Shown here piece after piece: positions 8,731 through 12,940 of a DNA stretch of 12,940 nt. The notes beneath the pieces are model-generated. The model had not been told where the DNA came from, ran no database searches, and saw only the letters and a list, made by a program, of their open reading frames with translations. Each line of letters begins with the position of its first letter. The stretch's first letter is position 1. Source of the stretch: Octopus sinensis (Eukaryota); NCBI RefSeq assembly GCF_006345805.1, contig NW_021826573.1, forward strand, positions 1 to 12,940. The letters are read 5' to 3'. The position numbers were made by a program, and so were the translations under genes.

Positions 8731-9355
8731 TGCGAACAAGATGGTTATTCACTCCAATGCCAATCAGGGTTTCACGCAGCTGGCACACACTGGATTGACT
8801 GCTGAAGGAATGAAGACGTATGTGTGATTGCAACGTAACTCACCGCTTTGATTAATTATCATTGGACCACAAAAGTCACGTGACTACTATGGTGCAACGG
8901 AAACAACACGCACCTTCCAAACGATTATCATTAAATGTACAGGTTAATTACAGTTAATTATATTTTCTTGGGCTTTGAATCGTATGGTGGTGAGTCTTTG
9001 GCCGTATGTAAACTGTTAAAAGAGAATTTTCTCTGATGTCAATAGTTAGATGATATCTCGGATCTTCGGTGAATTGATGTCGCTGGCTGTTTTAATATCT
9101 AGAATGTCTCTGCTATGTGTAACTTATTTCAGGATTCATAGAAGCGTAGAGCGGCACTTTCGATGGTGAGAAAGAGAGGAAGATAGAGGGTATGCATGAA
9201 TCACATTTTTGTGAATAATCACATATATATTTTCCAGCGCCTGGAAAATGAACGTCAAGTTCAATTTTGGAATCCGTTTGATCATATATTGAGGTTTTCA
9301 GGGCTGAACTAATGTTTAACAACACGAAAAATAAATGTTATTTTCAGCAAGTCAC

Positions 9356-9508
9356 CTTCTTGAAAATGATACGAATAAAGTCGTCATTCTCGGCCTGAAG
9401 GTTGCGATTCCTCAGGGCCTGAACTACCATGTGCCAATGGAACGAAATCGCGTATTCCAGTGGGTTTTCGTGATGAGGCTGTGATGGTGCAATCTTTGCA
9501 AAAACAAC
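9356..9508 (-). CDS. Candidate 153-nt symmetric (phase 0-0) exon, weakly ankyrin-repeat-like
   Basis: ctag|GTT...AAG|gtgact, 51 stop-free codons VVFAKIAPSQPHHENPLEYAISFHWHMVVQALRNRNLQAENDDFIRIIFKK; the pyrimidine tract is weak. Confidence 0.25.
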
Positions 9509-9565
9509 CTAGATTAATGCAGTCTACTAGGGACTATAATACTTTGTATCCGACATAATGTAATG

Positions 9566-9617
9566 ATATATATATATATATAAGTGTATGTGTATATATA
9601 TATATGTGTGTGTGTAT

Positions 9618-9678
<61 letters not shown>

Positions 9679-9705
9679 ATATATATATATAATATATATA
9701 TATAT
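9566..9705. repeat. (TA)n array
   Basis: Read directly. Confidence 0.95.
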
Positions 9706-10490
9706 GTTGCAACCCAAATCTCCAGCATCAGATGTTCCCGGCATATTTTTCTGTTCTCTAGGTTCACATTTTGAATCAAGCAATAACTTCACTCCACAAT
9801 ATCAAGCAGTACCTGGAGACAGTGTAGTTTCGCTGTGTATCACGCGCTTACATTCAAAATCAATCATATTTTTGACTCCTTTCCTTCAAATAACAATCCT
9901 ACAAGTTGTTCAATTAACAGCAAATATCTTTTGTAAGAATTAGTCTTTTAGGCTCGTCTTATTCAAAACAGTATGTGTAAATCTTATACTAAGCTCACTG
10001 ATAATTCTTCCAAAACAATATACAGTTAACTTATGCATATTTTTGAGAAACCCAAAAAGACACGATACAGAATTATTGAAGCAAATTCGGTCTTTGAAGG
10101 ACACAAAGTCATTAAAAAAAATGAATAATTCTGAGTGTGATAATACACATCCGCATTTCCTGATTAAGTATGTTTTTCATCAAAGAGAAAATATCAAACC
10201 TGTCCCAAGACGGAAATGGCTTGAACAGGAAATTAGAATTTTTAAATTCTTGCATGTATTCAGCGAGAGTTTTTTCTCAGAAATGTTATATCTCTGAACT
10301 GATAAATTGTCATGAATTTGTTGTAACATTAATAACATTTTTATCTCCTTATTTCGGAGATTTATCCATCTCTAATCCCTTTTTACGACTCGGGTCGCTT
10401 GCACTTTATCGTTATCTAATTTTTTTCACACACATACACCTTGTGATTATGCCGTATTATAAGCTTTGTATGTATTATATTTCCTTGCAG

Positions 10491-10578
10491 GAAGCATTTT
10501 CCGTGCACTATATTTTCCTGACATTTTCACCACGCTAAGGCATGGAGGCTATACGCAACTTCTTCTTTCTAGCAACGG
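10491..10578 (+). other. Candidate 88-nt plus-strand exon (SIFRALYFPDIFTTLRHGGYTQLLLSSNG)
   Basis: tgtattatatttccttgcag| acceptor, CGG|gtaacc donor, one open frame; product not recognised. Confidence 0.25.
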
Positions 10579-10663
10579 GTAACCGAAATATAGTAGCAAA
10601 TAGTAATGTTTCTTCACCGTAATTGTTTCGTAATGGACAATTAGTGATTGTTATGTTCTTCAG

Positions 10664-10735
10664 AATATTCTGTGTACTCAGAGAATATTCAAGCTTACGT
10701 TCCAACTTTGAGAATCTCCCGTAGAATCGAAATGG
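10664..10735 (+). other. Candidate 72-nt symmetric (phase 1-1) plus-strand exon (YSVYSENIQAYVPTLRISRRIEM)
   Basis: gttatgttcttcag| acceptor, TGG|gtaatt donor, one open frame; phase is incompatible with direct joining to 10491-10578. Confidence 0.2.
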
Positions 10736-10760
10736 GTAATTTGTGAATATTCAGTATAGA

Positions 10761-10762
<2 letters not shown>

Positions 10763-10791
<29 letters not shown>

Positions 10792-11118
10792 TGTATGTAT
10801 GTATGTATGTATGTATGTATGTATGTATGTATGTTTGTATGTATGTATGTATGTATGTATGTATGTGTGTGTATGTATATATGTATGTGTGTGTATGTAT
10901 GCATGCATGCATGTATGTATGTATGTATGCATGCATGCATGTATGTATGTATGTATGTATGTATGTTTGTGTGTGTATGTATGTATGTGTGTATGTATGT
11001 AAGTATATATGTATGTATATATGTATGTATGTAAGTATATATGTATGTAAGTGTGTGTATGTATGCATGTGTGTATGTATGCATGCATGTATGTATGTAT
11101 GTATGTATGTATGTATGT
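10763..11118. repeat. (TGTA)n array, i.e. (TACA)n on the minus strand, directly 3' of the LINE
   Basis: About 355 bp, nearly pure at 10763-10865 and more degenerate towards the element. Confidence 0.95.
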
Positions 11119-11119
11119 T

Positions 11120-12592
11120 TGTCATTGTTTAGTTTCATTTCAAGATTTCTTGCCAATAGATAGAGAGCCGGTTTCTAACCTAGATCCAAGGCTCCTTCAT
11201 TAGAATTTCAACATCAACAACTGGCTATTTTTGTATATGTGCAGATGTCTATGTTTTTGTTTTATGTATGTATTCTGACGCATATAGTTGTATATCTAGA
11301 CAAGCCCATATATTTGAATGGTAAACTTTTTACAGTTCTAGTGACGGATTGGATCTGTAGTCTTCGAATTAGCTGTATCCTTTCTGGTTTTTGAGAAATC
11401 CAATTTCTCAGGATTGGTATTTAAGCAGTTTGTTACATATCCCAGCACTCCAATAATTTCAAGTATAAACCTGAACTTGTAATCTGCATAGAGTAACCGC
11501 AGATAGTTGAGCGTAGGTATTCTCTTTTTCACCGATCTTTAGCTAGTTTCCACAATTATACAGTTTCTCTTCTCTATCCCAAATCAGGTATGTCGTTCTT
11601 ACACTGTATTGAGGTCCTCACTGGTACATTCCACCAGTATTCCTTTTTATTATGAGTGACTCTGGCTTCTACCATATTCTGGGTTCTTATGTCTTTGTCC
11701 ACGGGTTTATCCTTTCGACGGATTTCATTATAGAGTGTCCTAGCTGCAACGTCATGTCTCATCGGTAGATAATACCGTGATGACATTTCCGTCAACTGCT
11801 TATGATATGAATAATATCTTCAGTTTGAACTTCACAAAATCTGAATCGGTTGTCACATTTTACGGCTTTTCCCGCATCTCTGTCCGTTTTGTGCTTCAGA
11901 TATTTGGTTGATATTTCCTGTTCCTGGATAGCAAACGCATACCCTCCAAAGTGGGAAGTAGTAATCCGGTTTTTCCTCCATGACAGACTACTTTGATGAT
12001 CAATGTTACTATCATCTCTGGGTTTTCTACTAACATATCCATGCATACTCTTCTGCTTATACAGGATCATCCTTTCATCTGATGATATGTTGCGGTAGAG
12101 TCGTGCGACTTCTTTGGGCATGTATTCTTGGTTTGTCAGAGAAGGAATGTGGAGCTGCCTTCCTAGTCTTCTGATGTTATCAGCCCCATGTATGCATAAA
12201 ACTTGGTCAAGGAATGCACTTCGACACTTGGTGTTTAAAAGATGTTGCCAAAGGGCTATAATACGAAATTCAAAGGCATTTTTGATCGATATTAAACTTC
12301 GGTCGCCTTGTTTCCGTTTTAGGTAGGGGCGCTCTATATCACTGTTTGTGTGGAAATTATGTGTGCTTCTTAGTATTTTTCGGTGCTTTGGATCTTATCA
12401 AGCGTCCAATCAAGCAGCCCAAACGTTGGTATGAGTACTGGTACCGCAAACACATTGTGGAACACTGTTTTGTTGAATGCAGAGAGTTCTGAAGTCCAAA
12501 TTTTCTTTATTCAGCTGCAATATTCTTTCTTGACGTGTGTTTTGGTACATATGCCATTGTAAGATATGTTTTCATCCACCCCTAGATACCTG
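11120..12592 (-). mobile_element. 5'-truncated, inactivated non-LTR retrotransposon with restriction-like endonuclease (R4/Dong-like clade)
   Basis: Minus-strand translation across stops and frameshifts: (Y)RYLGVDENI...KKEYCS*IKKIWTSELSAFNKTVFHNVFAVPVLIPTFGLLDWT (end of RT and thumb); FHTNSDIERPYLKRKQGDRSL (RLYxxRxxGGRGL motif); decayed CCHC RFRFC..EDIIHIISS*..MRHDVAARTLY; WWNVPVRTS..IWDREEKL..EKENTYAQL..IIGVLGYV (RLE); ~180-nt 3' UTR. Confidence 0.92.
11310..12590 (-). pseudogene. Disrupted ORF remnant of the LINE (RT C-terminus, zinc knuckle, RLE)
   Basis: Track ORFs 12511-12729 (C-terminal end only), 11792-12121, 11574-11795 and 11338-11532 are consecutive pieces; in-frame TGA at 12513-12511 and at the last knuckle Cys; the RPD catalytic motif is damaged. 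Confidence 0.88.
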
Positions 12593-12593
12593 C

Positions 12594-12649
12594 ATGTATG
12601 TATGTATTTATGTATGTATGTATATAAAGGTATATATGTTAAAATGTTC

Positions 12650-12728
<79 letters not shown>

Positions 12729-12733
12729 TATAT
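12594..12733. repeat. (TGTA)n, (TACA)n, long (TA)n and (CA)n compound array
   Basis: atgtatgtatgtatttatgtatgtatgta at 12594-12622; (TA)n at ~12663-12718. Confidence 0.95.
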
Positions 12734-12734
12734 A

Positions 12735-12940
12735 CTCTTTTTACTCTTTTACTTGTTTCAGTCTGCGGCCATGCTGGGTCACCACCTTTAATCGAGCAAC
12801 TCGACCCCGGGACTTATTCTTTGTAAGCCCAGTACTTATTCTATCGGTCTCTTTTGCCGAACCGCTAAGTAACGGGGACATAAACGCACCAGCATCGGTT
12901 GTCAAGCAATGCTAGGGGGACAAACACAGACACACAACAC
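12735..12940 (-). mobile_element. 3' half of a young-looking octopus-type SINE (family C), running off the window
   Basis: ctctttttactcttttact tail followed by tgtttcagtc..tgcggccatgctgg..gacttattctttgtaagcccagtacttattctatcggtctcttttgccgaaccgctaagt..; recognised from recall as an abundant Octopus interspersed repeat; the tRNA head lies beyond the window. Confidence 0.75.

Noticed and set aside
10043-10297. 84-aa ORF RNPKRHDTELLKQIRSLKD...
   Set aside because: TTG start, A-rich composition, no recognisable motif and no convincing splice pair.
10860-11118. TACA-to-TGCA variants as ADAR editing footprints in a retroposed tail, or as RBFOX TGCATG sites
   Set aside because: Other substitutions (CACA, TATA, CAAA) are also common, and the same variants occur in the 1634-1888 array; ordinary transition plus slippage explains them.

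Overview
AT-rich, microsatellite-dense animal genomic DNA. It is most likely intron or intergenic sequence of a coleoid cephalopod (Octopus-like), inferred from the SINE types and the abundance of TA/CA/TACA/GAT/AAT arrays. There is no intact gene: almost all ORFs in the track are translations of microsatellites. Supported content: (i) a 5'-truncated, decayed RLE-type non-LTR retrotransposon (R4/Dong-like; end of RT, CCHC knuckle, endonuclease remnant, 3' UTR) on the minus strand at ~11120-12592, flanked on both sides by same-orientation (TACA)n; (ii) about nine tRNA-derived SINE copies of three families, including a head-to-tail cluster at 6760-7770; (iii) many simple repeats; (iv) several candidate spliceosomal exons. 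The best exon candidate is 1067->902 on the minus strand, with a 114-nt AG-free acceptor zone and a signal-peptide-like translation. No exon product is recognised, and all exon calls need RNA-seq.
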